From contig OX597818.1 of NCBI GenBank assembly GCA_951406725.2, positions 72,168,001-72,232,000 of the forward strand: DNA of 64,000 bases, written 5' to 3'. The notes under the pieces are model-generated. The model worked only from the letters and a program-made list of their open reading frames with translations. It ran no database searches and was not told where the DNA came from. The translations under genes were made by a program, and so were the position numbers. This DNA is from Octopus vulgaris (Eukaryota). Below are positions 26,703 through 40,761 of this stretch, in pieces. The stretch's first letter is position 1. Every line of letters starts with the position of its first letter.

Positions 26703-26844
26703 TTTACTAATTACATACTATTTATTATTTGTACTTTATTTAGTTCTAGGTAAATATTTTATCGTATCTTTAATGTTCTTCTCTAATTTATACACACACA
26801 CACACACACACACACGCACATATGTATATATATATGTAAATGTA

Positions 26845-27065
26845 TGTGTTTGCGTGTCTGTGTTTGTCCCCCTACCATCACTTGATACTAACGCTGATGC
26901 GTTTACGTCTCCATAACTTAGCGGTTCGGCAAAAGAGACTGATAGGATAAGTACTAGGCTTCAAAGAATAAGTCCTTGAATCGATTTGTTCGACTAAAGG
27001 CGGAGCTCCAGCATGGCGGTAGTCACATGACTGAAACGTGTAAAAGAATAAAATAATAAAAGAGT
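26845..27065 (+). mobile_element. SINE family A 3' half
   Basis: Aligns to 25445-25659. Confidence 0.85.
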
Positions 27066-27109
27066 ATGTAATAGCTTATATGTAATAGCTTATGACGTAC
27101 AATGCATAC

Positions 27110-28440
27110 CATAAAACATACATAGAAATTGTTTTTGCTTCAAAACCGGAATATTTTCTTAAAATTCTACTGAAACACAATAAAAAATTCTTGTATGCTC
27201 TTCAGATAAATTACATCATTGTTAATGCCTAATTTATCATGAATTTGCGTTTAGATGATTTTCTGGAGTCTTGAAGCTCAGAAAGATCACGTGTCAAGTC
27301 TAAGCAATAGTCTGCCATCATATGCAAACCTCCTCTGCCTGGATTCTCCTGTTCCATTGATTTTATGTCTCGCTGGAAACATTCTCCCTGCTCATCACTT
27401 GATTTTCAGGGAATCTATCAGGTTGATTGTAGCTACAGTACAGCTTTATGGTAATATTTGCTCCCAAATTTTGAAAGTTCACCTTCATGTTGTCTACTAT
27501 TTTAGAATAGTTGACTGCTTTTTCGTTGCTTAGAATGTCATTTACATCTATTACGAACGAATTCCATGCTGCTGTTTCAGTGCACTTCATTGAATTTACA
27601 AAGTTTCCCTCTTACACTAATTTTCTGATTTGAGGCCTATCAAATACTACAGCTTTTATCTTTTCACTGTTCATAAAAGAAAATGTTTTGCACATATAGT
27701 GAAATCATGGTCCATCTTTATCCAGAGCGTTAAAAACTGCTTCATAATGCTAAGTTTGATGTGGAGTGGAGATAGTATGTTTTTTATCGGTTGAACTAAA
27801 GGCTCTTCAAATATATTGAAAAACTTTGGAACAAATGTTTGTTATGGCCATTCTTTGATCACTTCTTTTTGCTGTCTCTGTTGTTCGAAATACATAAAAG
27901 CATGGATATTTGGTGTATTCACTTTGTTACGCAGGAAAACGTTAGCCAATTTGAAGTCCAAGTATATCACCCACCGATTATTGTAATACTTAAACTTCTT
28001 TAGCATTGCTTTCACGAATGCATATATCTCTTCTGGATTTGTAGATTGAGCAATTGGAACAGAGGCCATTATGTATTTCCATTACGAAGCGGAAGACATT
28101 TCAAACTTTATTTAGAGCTCTCATCAAAAAGGCACCAGTCATTTGCAATAAATTCTGCTAATACCATTCTCCGAAGCAGTTCCGTAACCATTCCTTTTCT
28201 ACGAAGAACGGAAGAAATTCAGCATCTATAGTGTAACAGAAGGTAACTTTGGTTCCTTTAAAAGAAGACTGCTAATTCTTTTGGTAAGTGTAAATCCCTT
28301 ATCAAGTGACTGGGACCGTTTTGATTAAACAGCTGTGGGTATGTTGAAATCTAGACATGATGGTAACTGCTTACAGTTGAGTTTTTTCATTTAATGGTGC
28401 CATCATTCTCTGGAGATGATGTCGTTGTTTGTGATGATAA
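27110..28440 (-). mobile_element. Decayed Chapaev3-like (CMC) transposase
   Basis: Minus-strand ASVPIAQS...KFKY....WVIYLD.K, LSPLHIKLSIMKQF, EKIKAVVFDRPQIRKL, AWNSFV....L.N.K..NY, NLGANITIKL and RFPEN; family assigned from recalled motifs. Confidence 0.75.
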
Positions 28441-29189
28441 CCAGAAAAATATAATTATCAATTTTAAAGAAATTCGTTTATTCATTACATATTTATTTAT
28501 TTATTTGATTTCATTTCTACATGCATTTAGTTTTCCCTGACTTATGTGTTTAATACGAAATTTAAATCATTTACTAATAAGTAAATGATAATTATTAACC
28601 TAGTTTTCCTTAGATTATAATTATACAGCTATTCCCCATTGGCTGAAAATAATGGCGTTAGTAAAGTAATTATCACTCAATTGAGAACTGTTTAAACTTT
28701 CACTTATTTATTACAACGGATTTATTTTAGTTAATTTACATTTTTCTCCTTTCTCTATTCCTTATTTTCTTCCCCCTTCTTTACTTCAGCTACGGAGTCT
28801 TCCCTAATTCATTGACCTTGACAGGACTCTCGAATCTGTTTGGTCCCAAACAATGCTGTCCTCTCTCAGTATATAGGAGGTGATATCAAAAGGTTCCTGG
28901 ACCAGTTTATATGCGACCTCACTGAGATGTATATTCTGGATACCTTAAAGAAGAAATTCCCCTCTGTCCTCTTTGGTCTCTATAGGGATGATGCTCTGGC
29001 TATTTTGAAAGAGGCTAACGGACACACCCTAGATAGGCTTAGGAAAGGTCTGATTAACACCCTTAACTCCATGGGACTGAAAATTACAATCGAGACCAAC
29101 CTGACTACTGTGGACATCTTAGATTTCACGCTCGACTTAGGCTCCGGTACATACAGGCCCTACTGCTCACCAAACGAGATATTGACATA

Positions 29190-30813
29190 CAGTGGGGGGA
29201 AATAAATATTTGTACATGTCAAAATTCTTTATTTATTTAACTTCTAATGAACATAAATGGGATATACCAATACTATATTTGCATACACATGCATAAACTA
29301 AGAATATGCAAAAGAAACTAATAAATTATAGTAACTAAGGAATTTATATTCAATTATAAATATTTAGGGGTGAAAAAAGTATTCGTACAGAACATAAATA
29401 ACTAATAATTCTGATCTAATACTTCGTAGCATAACCATTATTCAGTTCCACTTCAACCAATCTATTCTTGTAGTTCTTAATCAATGACTTGCATGTTTAT
29501 TTAGGAATTTTTTCCCATTCTTCTTGACAAATTTTCTTCAAATCTACAAAGCATATTAGGGCTCTTGAATGAATTTCAATTTTCAAATAATGCCATAAAT
29601 TTTCAATGGGGTTCATGTCAGGTGACTGACTTGGCCATTCTAATAATTTTATATTGTTATCTACAATCCATTTTTTTGGTAGACTTCACCATGTGCTTAG
29701 GATTGTTATCCTGTTCTAAAACCCACCCTTCACAAAGCAGGAGCTTTTCTACAGAGTCCCATAAATCATTGTTCAAAATATTTTGGTACATCTCTGCATT
29801 CATTCTACTATCTATCTCATGTAAATTGCCAGTACCATTTGCAAAGAAACACCCCCACACCATGATGTTGCCACCTCCAAACTTTACGGTAGGAATTGTG
29901 ATTTTCAGCAAATAGGGCAGTACCATCTTTCCTCCGAACATGCCTACGCGAATTTCGTCGAAACAATTCAATTTTCGACTCGTCTGTCCATAGAACATTT
30001 TCCCAGAATGTATCAGATTTATCTTTATGTTCATAAACAAATTTTAAACAGGCATCTCTATGCCTTTTAGTCAACAGCGGAGTTTTTCTAGGAGAGCGTG
30101 ATTTCATTTCATTCCTATGAAGTTCATTGCTGATTGTTCATAGTGTAACACTAGTCCCTGAAGCTAACAAATCTTCATCTTCTTGCAACTCCTTTCTGGT
30201 GATCATTGCGTTTTTTCCGATTCTTCGCTTCATTTTTCTTAAAGATCTAGGGGAAATCTGGTTTGGTGCACTGGATCTTATTCTGTTTTCAACAGTTCCA
30301 GATTTTTTTTTATATCTTTGAATAAATGAAGATATGGTAGAAAATGGAATACAAAGGGTCTCTGATATTTTCCTGTAACTTTTACCTGCTTTCCACTGTT
30401 CAATAATTACATCTTTCACAGAATTTGTGAGTTTTTTTACTTTTCACCATTATTACGATACTGCTTTATGTTGTCTCAATGCTGAATGAAGAAGCTAGTG
30501 TTTTGACACTTAAAAATGACAACTGATAAGATTATTGGAGTAAACGAGAAAGTTCTAGTAAAAAAAAATTATTTTAACAGTATTTTGTGGCATAGAAAAT
30601 CATAAATTTATTCTCTACGAATACTTTTTTCACTCCAAAATATTTATACTTGTATATAACTTCATTAGTTACTATAATTTATTAGTTTCTTTTGCATATT
30701 CTTAGTTTATGCCTGTGTATGCATATATAGAATTGGTATATCCTATTTATGCTCATTAGAAATTAAATAAATAAAGAATTTTGACATGTACGAATATTTA
30801 TTTTCCCCCACCG
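29190..30813 (-). mobile_element. Tc1-family transposon with ~200-bp IR/DR TIRs and TA TSD
   Basis: TA|CAGTGGGGGGAAATAAATATTTGTAC...GTACGAATATTTATTTTCCCCCACCG|TA; the inverted repeat extends about 200 bp. Confidence 0.95.
29416..30450 (-). pseudogene. Frameshifted Tc1 transposase
   Basis: GKSYRKISETL.IP.STI, RKTPLL, LWTDESKIELF, TVKFGGGNIMVWGCF, QDNNPKH, WPSQSPDMNPIENLW and terminal GYATKY*. Confidence 0.92.
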
Positions 30814-32499
30814 TATATCAACACAGCCTCCTGCCATCCATCTATCGTGTTCAGAAGCTTGGTGAAAGGTGTCAGCAAGAGGACCTCGAATCTGTCATCT
30901 TGCCAAGAAATTTTCAAGCAGTGGCCTCCACCTACTAAACGAGGCTTTGGCTCCTTGTGGGTTTAAGGACCGCATCATCTACATGCCGGGCCCTAACACC
31001 CTCAGAAGGAAGTGCCACCGAAATATCGTTTGGTTTGCTCCCACTTTCTCCCTCAATGTAAAAAGGCATTTCCCTTAGGCTAGTAGATAAGCACTTTACA
31101 CAATCACATAGGTACTGACGTCTGCTCAACAGACAGCCTAAGAGACTCTTTTAGCTGCGCCCCCAAATTAAGAGCATTTTCGTTGATATCCATAGGGCAC
31201 GAGCAGAGGTGGGATGCTCATGCAGGAACTACAACAGCTGCCCAGTGGGAGGCCAGTGCAAACCCAAAGGAATCGTATACGATGTTGAGGTGGTATCTGA
31301 CCCTAATAGCAGCAGCAACTTTTCCAGCAGTTACGCCAGTAGCTTAAATAGCAGAAACACCATCGCTAATGATAAAGCTAATAATAAAAACTAGTCACGT
31401 ACTGTTTTCTAATCTATTATCTCCTCTCCCTCTTTCTTTACCAAATCTCTTGGTGTTCTTTTATTTATTTATGGCTTACTCTTAACATGGTCCTCTAACA
31501 TCTGATCCTGTTTCCTCCTGGTTAACCTGCTTACCTCCCTTCCCTCGTTCCATTATTCTTCACTGTAAAATATTTTTTCTTCTCTTTCTCACTTACCCCA
31601 TTACAGAGTTATCTTACACCACAATTTTTCATTTCATCGCTCCGTGAGGAAGACCCCAAATTCTCGCTTCCATAGTCTACATTTTAAATCTTTTCTTAAA
31701 ACTGAACCAAGACCTTTCCAGTGTCCAAAATTTGAGCGTATGCTCAGTATTGCCCTCCATTTTAGGAAGGTTGTGTGTGGGTTGATGGAAGCTGAATGAC
31801 GGCATAAAGTCTTCCATTCTGGTTGTCAGTGTTGTCAAGGGACTTCTAATTCGATCCTTTTGCATTCTCATTCTCAATGCTTTTATCTACAAGAATACGT
31901 AAAGAGACGCAAGATTTCGATTGAAATTCATTTTGTCTGAAATTGTTCACCTGAAAACTGACCTTCTAACCACTTCAATCTAACAATAAACAATTTAACT
32001 GCAAGCCTTAATATCTCGACAAAATCTGTCAATGATAAAAGAACGCAAGAGAACACTACAGTAGGCAGTCAAGTGGAATGAAGAGATGTCACCAAAATGG
32101 ACCTTATAGTTTGATGATGCGGTAAACTTAAGACAAATATTTCAAGTATATCTATTTCTCTCTCTTCGTCTCTTTCTCTCTTGCCAGCTGGATAGCTTAG
32201 CTTATTGCCTGTAAACATATATAAAGACAGCAGAGTACGTATGTATACAAGCATATATGCATACATATATGAATATATGTGCGTATATATGCATGCATGC
32301 ATACATACATACACCCTTGTGTATGAAGGTATGCATGAATGTTGTGCAATTTGTAGAATGGGAAATGTGTGTGTGTATATTATATATAGTTCCTTATACA
32401 AAAACGCACACAAAAGCATACACACACCTCCACACACGCGCACACAACACATGTAAGCTTACATGTATAGGCATGGATAACCTGAGCAGAGACGAGACA

Positions 32500-32522
32500 G
32501 AGAATATACATACATACATACA

Positions 32523-32554
<32 letters not shown>

Positions 32555-32870
32555 CATGTGTGCCTGTGTGTGAATATGTGCAAGTGTGTGTGCGTGAGTG
32601 TGTGCGTATGCATGGATGTTAGTATGTGTATGCGTGTGTGTATGAGTGTGTATGCGTGTATACGTGTTTTTATATTCGGAAATTTTGCAGTATGATAATG
32701 AAAGAGGAATGTATACGATGTTGTGTTTGCATTTAAAGTGAAGCGTGTGTGCGTACATATACAGATATAGGTATGTTCATATACATACATACATACATAC
32801 ATACATACATACATACATACATACTTACATACATACATACTTACACACATACATACATACATATACATAC

Positions 32871-32955
<85 letters not shown>
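32500..32955. repeat. Compound (TACA)/(TG)/(TA) microsatellite
   Basis: Visible simple repeats. Confidence 0.95.
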
Positions 32956-32957
<2 letters not shown>

Positions 32958-33194
32958 TCTTAGTCAGGATGATCGACATGACCTGTTACACGGCGTCCGA
33001 GACTGGCGGGGGAAGGAATAAACGATATTCAGCCACGAAAGTGGCTCAAAAGCTTGCGACAGATTTAACTCCTGCATTTGAACCAAGAAACAAAGCTCGA
33101 CTGTGGGAAATGGAAAACGGGTAAGATACTGCCAATTATTCTTCGGAAATAGGAATCGTTATCACGCCGGACAAAATACTTAGGGGCAGTTCAT

Positions 33195-33340
33195 CCCTCT
33201 TTACGTTCTTAATTAAATTTTCTCCGATATCGACTTTGCCTTTCATACTTTCAAGGTCGATAATATAAGTACCAGTCAAGTATGAGGGCGAGTTAGTCGA
33301 CTACAAAATTTCAGGCCTTGTGATTATAGGAGAAAGGATC
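33195..33340 (+). mobile_element. SINE family B fragment
   Basis: tcgactttgcctttcatactttc..ggtcgataa.ataagtaccag...ggccttgtg followed by (ATT)n. Confidence 0.75.
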
Positions 33341-33358
33341 ATTATTATTATTATTATA

Positions 33359-33431
<73 letters not shown>

Positions 33432-33432
<1 letters not shown>

Positions 33433-36400
33433 TTTTTTTTTTCCTCTTTCAAATTTTCTTCCATTTCTTGCCGAGTGTCTTCCCGACTCCTAGGGCAAAG
33501 AAACTCATAGTGTATATTGGTAGGCCATTAAACCAAACTCAGTAGTTCGTTAATTTTTTTTTTTTAAGTTAAATTAAAATACATGAGCAGCAACAGTTCT
33601 CACATCGACAATGCTCTTCTCAATACGTGTGATGTACCAGTTAAGACAATCTTTTGCACTTCTTGCAGGGATGGTAAGCCAGGGATCATTCTCATATAAT
33701 TTTCGGTTCTCTTCTTGATCATTCCTAGTGCTCCTACGATCACTGGTATTGTAACCGCCTTGAGATGCCACATTTTCTCAATTTCAATGAGTAGGTCTTT
33801 ATATTTTCTGAGCTTGTCAAACTCTTTCGCTGAGATATTATGATCACAGGGGATGCTCATGTCGATCAATAAGCAAACTTTATTGTTTTGGTCTTTCACA
33901 ACAATATCTGGTTTATTGGCCTTGATGGTTCGGTCTGTATGTACTGGAAAGTCCCACAGAATGGTTACATTTTCTCCTTCAGTTACAGCCTCAGGGTGGT
34001 GATTATACCACTTGTCGGCAGTTTTGATATTGTAATGCCGACTTATTAGCCAGTGGAGATATTGGCCAACTCTGTCATGTCTTAATTTATACTCCACTGG
34101 TGCTAAGACTTTACATCCAGAGATTAGGTGGTCCACTGTTTCAATCATGTCGTTGCAGAATCGGCATTTTGGGTCTGCTCCATTTTTCATCACATTGGCC
34201 TGGTAGTTCCGGGTTGATAGGCTTTGGTCTTGAGCAGCCAGGATGAAACCTTCGCTCTCTGCTTTTAGCCCTGAGCTCCGCAGCCACTGATGGGTTTGCT
34301 TCTGGTCAACATCAGCTTGTTTGCTGCGGGTCACATATTTGCCGTGCAGAGGTTTCTCCTCCCACCTATCAGCCAATTGCTCGTGCGCTTTTTCATTGCC
34401 ATCATTTTCACCTTCTTTGCAACAATAGTTGCCGTACTTCCCTCGGGTTGTTCAGTTTGGGTATCCTGCACGAGATCAATAGCAAATTTTTTGCTTTCCT
34501 TGATGATAGAATGAAGCTTCTTTCGTCTCTCGTGATTTTCCACGAGCTTTAGCATCCAGTCATTCGATATTTCGAGATATTTGGCCAGTCCAATTGTGGT
34601 TGTTTAGTAAGCTAGTTCAAATTGGATCAGGCCTCGACCTCCTTGGGCTCTGGGAAGGTAAAGGCGATCTACGTCTGCCTTTGGGTGGTGCATCCTATTA
34701 CAACTCAGCAGCTTGCGTATTTTTCTATCTATATTCTTTACTTCACTCATATTCCAGTTCAACACATTGTAGCTATAAGTAACAACTGGAACTGCTAGGG
34801 AATTTATAGCTAACACCTTGTTACGTGCATTTAGTTCAGATTTCAGGACTGCACGAACTCTCCTATAACATTCCTTCCTGATTTTCTCTTTCATGCTTGC
34901 ATGCTGAATACCAGAACCTTCATTTATCCCTAAATATTTGTATGTTTGTTCTTGCTCAAGCTCTCTTATGACTGTGTCAACATCTAACACGACTGAATTT
35001 GTGGTCTTCACTTTCTCTTTCTGGAAAGTGGCCTTGGCACACTTCTCAAGTCCAAACTCCATCCCGATGTCATCGCTGAATGATTTCACGGTGCGCAATA
35101 GGCCTTCAAGTTCATTATTGTCTTTACCATAAAGTTTTAAGTCATCCATATAAAATAGATGGCTTATTTTTTTATTGGCAATTTTATACCCATACCCTGT
35201 TCTGTTTAATTCACTTGTAAGGGGTATTAGGGCTATGCAGAATATTAAAGGTGAAAGTGAGTCACCTTGAAAAATTCCACAGTTGATGTTTATATTTTCT
35301 GAGGCAAGTACTCCATTAGAGTGGTATAATTGGAGATTCGTATTCCACAACGACATATTGTGCTTCAGGAAGTTTGAAATCACAGGGGAAATTTTGAAGA
35401 TGTCCAGCGATCTCAAGATCCATGGATGCGGTATACTGTCGAAGGCCTTTTTATAGTCAATCCATGGGGTGCTGAGATTTCTGCGCTTGTTGTGACAGTT
35501 CTTAAGGATCATACGATTGATTAGCAGTTGATCTTTGCATCCGTAAGAGCCTCGGCGGCACCCTTTTTGTTCAATGGGGAAAAATCGTTCTTCTCCATGA
35601 ATGCATGTTTTCTCCGCCAGGATAGATGTTAGGATTTTATACGTGGTGGATAGACAGGTTATAGGCCGATAGTTTTTTGGAAGGTTGGTTTCGTTATTCT
35701 TTGGGAGTAGGTAAGTAATGCCACTTGCTAACCATTCAGGTGTTTTCTTTGGGTCTCTCATAATTCCATTGAGCAGCTGAACTAGCTTACCGTGTGCGCA
35801 CGGGAGCGATGCGAGCCAGAAATTCGGCACCCTATCTTTACCGGGGGATTTCCAATTATGGGCCTTCGTGAGTGCCTTTCTTAGGTCTGCTATTGTGATG
35901 TCTTCCCATGCTTGTTGTTGTAAATTTTGGTAGGATCCTTCAGTTTGTATAATCCAGTCTGCATTTATGTTGTACGTCTTCTTGTCACTCCAAATACTTT
36001 TCCAAAAGTTTTGAACTTCTTCCATGGGAGGGGGGTCTTTAACGGTTACTTTCTCCTTCCCTATTTCTCTGTAGAATTTTTTGACATTGGATGTGAACAG
36101 CTTATTTTGCTTGTAAAACTTGTTTCTCTTCTCAAATCTTCGTATTCTTTAGGCTTTTGCTTGGACTTTTTGTTTCAGCGTTTCTTTTATTGATATCAGT
36201 TCTTCTCTTGGTGAGGATCCAAATTTTCTCTTCATCTTTCTTCCTGTTCTGGATCTTACATCATTTCCACATATTAGTTCATTTAATATTGATATTTCCC
36301 CTCTCATAAATTCAATCTCTTTTTCAATTTTACCTCTCCAGGTTTGATTTCTTCCCAGGTTTTGTTTTCTTTGTTTTTTCGGGGGCATACAGCTGGTTTC

Positions 36401-37204
36401 AATTGCCCTAGCAGAAGCGTAAATAATTTCATTTAACTCAGTAAAATCAGGTTTTAATTCTCGTATTATTTCATTTGTTACATAGTTGCCAATTTGAATT
36501 TGTTTTTTATTTTGGTTTGTATTTGAGAGTTTATGAAGCGGTTCTCTATCATTCATACTTGTATGTCTTACAACTTCAAGCGTATTCAGGATTTTCTGCC
36601 TCATTTCTGCTATAGACTCTCTGTGTTCTTCAGCAAATGCGAGATCTTCAGTTACTGTTGTTTTTTCGTTTTCCTGGCTATCTTTAACAGGTACAATAGA
36701 ATTTCTTGTATCTTCAGGCCTTTGCGTACTTTGGTCAGATGGCAGTCTTTCAATTAAGCCTCGTGGCGGGCTATACTGTTCATCTGATTCTTCATTTCCT
36801 TTGTGTCTTATATTTATGTCATTTTCCGTTGCGTGCTTGATCGCGCTTATTTCACTGTCTGTGAGTCTGTTATTTCTAAAGATATCCCTCCTCACATTTG
36901 CTAATTTGTTCTCGTCCAAATAGGGCCTACTGTCTTGATTCCGTGTTCTCCATATACTGTAAGAGTTTGCGGTGTGTCTCTCTTGAGATGGCCTACCTAA
37001 TGCATAGTAATAAGCGTATATTACTTCTTTATACTCTTCTCGGGTCCATTTGTTCCGCTTACATTTTTCTTTCTGTGGTGGTTGTGGTGGTGAACTTGGA
37101 GGGCTCGAGTTGGGGGATTTCCCGTTCAAGTGACCATCCATGTCCGTATTCGGAGAAGAGTTTGGGCCAGTTGATGACTTTTCGATTCCAGGCTGGCTCT
37201 TCCC

Positions 37205-37207
<3 letters not shown>
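33432..37207 (-). mobile_element. Near full-length R4/Dong-like RLE non-LTR retrotransposon inserted in trinucleotide repeats
   Basis: One long ORF split by two stops and two frameshifts; RT motifs NYRPITCL, DYKKAFDS, GIFQGDSLSP, YMDDLK; CCHC CRFC...ETVDHLISGC; RLE KPD...ID...K..KY..L; 3' A-run joined to (TAA)n. Confidence 0.93.
33600..37207 (-). pseudogene. R4-like polyprotein (N-terminal domain, RT, CCHC, RLE), disrupted
   Basis: ORF pieces 36149-37207, 34604-36025, 34331-34555 and 33600-34376 are colinear. Confidence 0.9.
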
Positions 37208-37575
<368 letters not shown>

Positions 37576-37583
37576 TCTGAATA

Positions 37584-37652
<69 letters not shown>

Positions 37653-37667
37653 CATTATTATTATTAT

Positions 37668-38540
37668 AGCTTCAAACGCTGGAAATGTACTACAGTGTGA
37701 GCTGTTCACTACCAGTGAACTAAGGTAACACCTCTTATTTTTCGAGCAACTTCCGGAGTATTTGAGCGGTTCGAAGCAGTTTTGTTTTCTGCAAGTGTTC
37801 CATCCTTATTGCAGCCCCTATTTGTTCCATCCTTATTGCAGCCCCTATTTGTTCCACGTACTTCTCGAGATTTTTGCTCACTGTTCCCAGGGCTCCGACA
37901 ATTATTAGTACTACTGCTACCTTTTTCTTCGACCACAACTGCTTAACTTCCCAAGCTAACCTGTCCTATCTCTCGACTCTTCTTTCTTCCTTAGCGCATA
38001 CCTTGTTGTCAGCTGGGCATGCTATGTCTATGATCCAGGACTGTTTGTTTTCTTTCTCAATTAAAACTATGTCCAGCTTCCTATTCTATATCTCGTGGTC
38101 ACACTGGATCATTAAATGTCATAGGATATTTGCATTTCTATTTTCGACAATGCCTTCAGGTTTGTGGTCGTACCAATTTTTTTGCTCTGACAAGTCCATA
38201 TTTGTTGCTGAGTGTTCAATGGACAAGCCTGCCTATATTGTCGTTCCTTCTGAGCTAGCGGCGTACATTGGATGGTAATATGGCATACGGTTTCACGATT
38301 TTGTCCACAGATTCTGCACTTATCACTTTCTCCTGTGTTGTCTATTCGGTATTTTATGTAGTTTGTTCTTAGTGCTTGCTCTTGGGCAGCACAGACTAGA
38401 GGCTCCGTTTGCGGTTTTAAATCACTTTTAGTTATCCACAGCCATCTTCTTTCTCTCTTATCTTCAACATAGCTATGAAATTGACCATGCATTCTTTTCT
38501 TTACCCACCTTTTTTCTGTTTCATTCGATTTCAATTTCTT
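37668..38540 (-). mobile_element. R4-like LINE 3' fragment (CCHC plus RLE)
   Basis: MHGQF, AAQEQALRTNY, KCRICG...ETV.HI, IIVGALGT and TAQILRKLL. Confidence 0.88.
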
Positions 38541-38609
<69 letters not shown>

Positions 38610-38629
38610 CTTTATATTTGACTCTCGTA

Positions 38630-40720
38630 GCTGTCACATTTTGGCGATCTCAATTCTCTGGTCTCCATGTTTGTTAACCTTTCCTCTTTCTTTCATGTTA
38701 ATATGTTGATCTGGCACTGACACATCGTTTATTAGAGACTCATGTTTGTCCCTCCGAAAGGCTACTATATCTGGCTTTCGGTGCTCTAACATCTTTTCTG
38801 TCAGGGAACCAATGTCCCAGAGGATCTTTGCCTTCCTGTTTTTACCCATTACCTTTCCCGGTGTATGTTGGTGCCAAGCATCGGTATTCTAAATCTGATC
38901 CTGGCAGCAATGATTAGGCTTTCAGTCTTCTTTTTAAGGTCACCCGGGCTGAGCCACCTCCATGATGCTTCCTGGTCTTTTCACGGTGGAACTGACCATG
39001 TAATTCCATGCGGAGTAGTTTCTTCAGTTATGTTGACTTTTCGTGCTCGAAATTCATTAGCACTCTCAAATTCATTGTTAGTAAACCCTTCTGCATTAAC
39101 AGCATACTGTAGCGGGTCTTGTTCTCTGTTTACTAAATACTCTGCAATGTTTCTTCACTGTCTATGGACGCCCATAAGCTAATCAGGCCACCTTCACCTT
39201 TACACCTCTCCATGTGGAGCCTGTGTACGTTCGCCTTTTGAGGGGAGAGGACCATGGATTGTCATCATTTTTTGGGTAGAGCGATCGAGTTGGTCAATCT
39301 CCGCTCGCGTCAATTTCATAATGGGTACACTACAGTGGACTACAACAACAACAACCCATATATTGATAGCAGTCATGAAGTTCTTTACGTTGCGATATGA
39401 CTTCAAAAAAAATTTGAGGCGCTTCAACTATGCAGTGGTGACCTTGTCTTAGGATCTCTAGGTACCTGTACCCATCATCATCCTGATCTTCCATTCGCTC
39501 TCCGTCTGGCAGTTATATGCCTCTACAGTCTGCCTTTTCCCCTTCTTCAAAGTGAGAACCGTACACTTTGAGATCACGAATTCCATCCCTATATCCCTGC
39601 TGCATATCTGTACACTCTCAAAGAGGCTCTGTTTTTGCGAACAGTTTTATATCATACATGAAAAGAAAGTGGTTGAGACGTGCTTCATTCATTCTCAACT
39701 CATAGTGCGTGTAGAACTACAGGGAACTGGATCAAGGCTATATCAAATAAATAAAGTGAACAAAAATCTCCTTGGAAGGTGCCTCTTTTAATTATTACCT
39801 CAGCTAATCGCTGGTTGTTACAGAAAATACATAATTTCCAAGTACGCATGCTGTTCTTGATCAGTGCACACACGTTCTCAGCTATTCTACACATGTCGAG
39901 TGTTTCTAGAATCCACGAATGCTACAACATGTCATAAGTCTTTCTAAAGTCTGTCCAGCCCATGCACAAGTTGTTTTGGTACCGTTGTTTACAATTCTCC
40001 CTCACGACCTTGTCTCTCAGAATGTGGTCCTTGGTGCCATTGGATATTTTTCGGCATCCCTTTTGTTGTACTGGAAGTAGATTCCACAAGGAATGCATAT
40101 AATTTCCCTGCCAGGATGCCTGTTAACACTTTCCATAAGCGATTAAGACAATCGAATCGATGGGTCGGTAATCGCCAACCTCATTTTCTTTGACCGATTT
40201 TTCATCAACAATGTTGTATTTTCTCGTACAATCCATGTCAGAACTGCACCGCTCTGTAGGCAATTGTCTAATTGCAACCCAGTTCGTTTGTGCGTTGATC
40301 CAAACCACATGATCAAGTAGCCTTGGATTCCTTCTCGACCTGCCGCACTTCAATTTGACAGTTTTGATACCTGTGTAATTACATCTTCTGTTGTTATGCG
40401 TATATGATCCTGCCTTGAAGACTTCGGGTGATGGAATGCGCATCTCACGTAATGAACCTACTTGGCACTGTAGTTGTAGGAAACCTTGTGCCCCCACATT
40501 ATTCCAAAATTGATGCATTTCCTCTGCTTCAGGAGGTATATTATTTTCAGTGTCTCCACCTAAGCTCTTAAAAAGCTGCCTCTGGTTGTTTGTGAATAAC
40601 TTGTTTGCTGGAATTGTGATATACGATCAGTATAGCGTTGCACCTTCAATGTTATTATTTTGCAGTTGTCTTATTATTAAACCAAGTTTAAGTCTTTTCG
40701 GTCATTTTGTTTTACATCTT
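38630..40720 (-). mobile_element. Decayed R4-like LINE (RT to RLE, with internal deletions)
   Basis: FWNN, DYRPI, KRGTFQGD, AINIW, KILWD and RKPDIV...I.DVSVP. Confidence 0.82.
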
Positions 40721-40761
40721 TACTTTTTATAATACATTTTTAAAAATCATCATCAATAACC

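Larger units (their letters stand above)
25058..26775. repeat. Nested inverted repeat of PLE pLTR-like sequence (outer arms ~25058-25212 and ~26619-26775; inner arms ~25745-25912 and ~26190-26345)
   Basis: Both arm pairs are visibly reverse-complementary; each outer arm carries a hammerhead motif. Confidence 0.9.
28790..31660 (+). mobile_element. Penelope-like element (RT plus Cys-rich linker and start of GIY-YIG), interrupted by Tc1
   Basis: ICDL....ILD, FGLYRDDAL, LDFTLDL, YIN..SCHP, IVWF.P.FS and CSCRN..SCP.GGQC..KGIVY; colinear with the 61990-63447 ORF. Confidence 0.88.
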
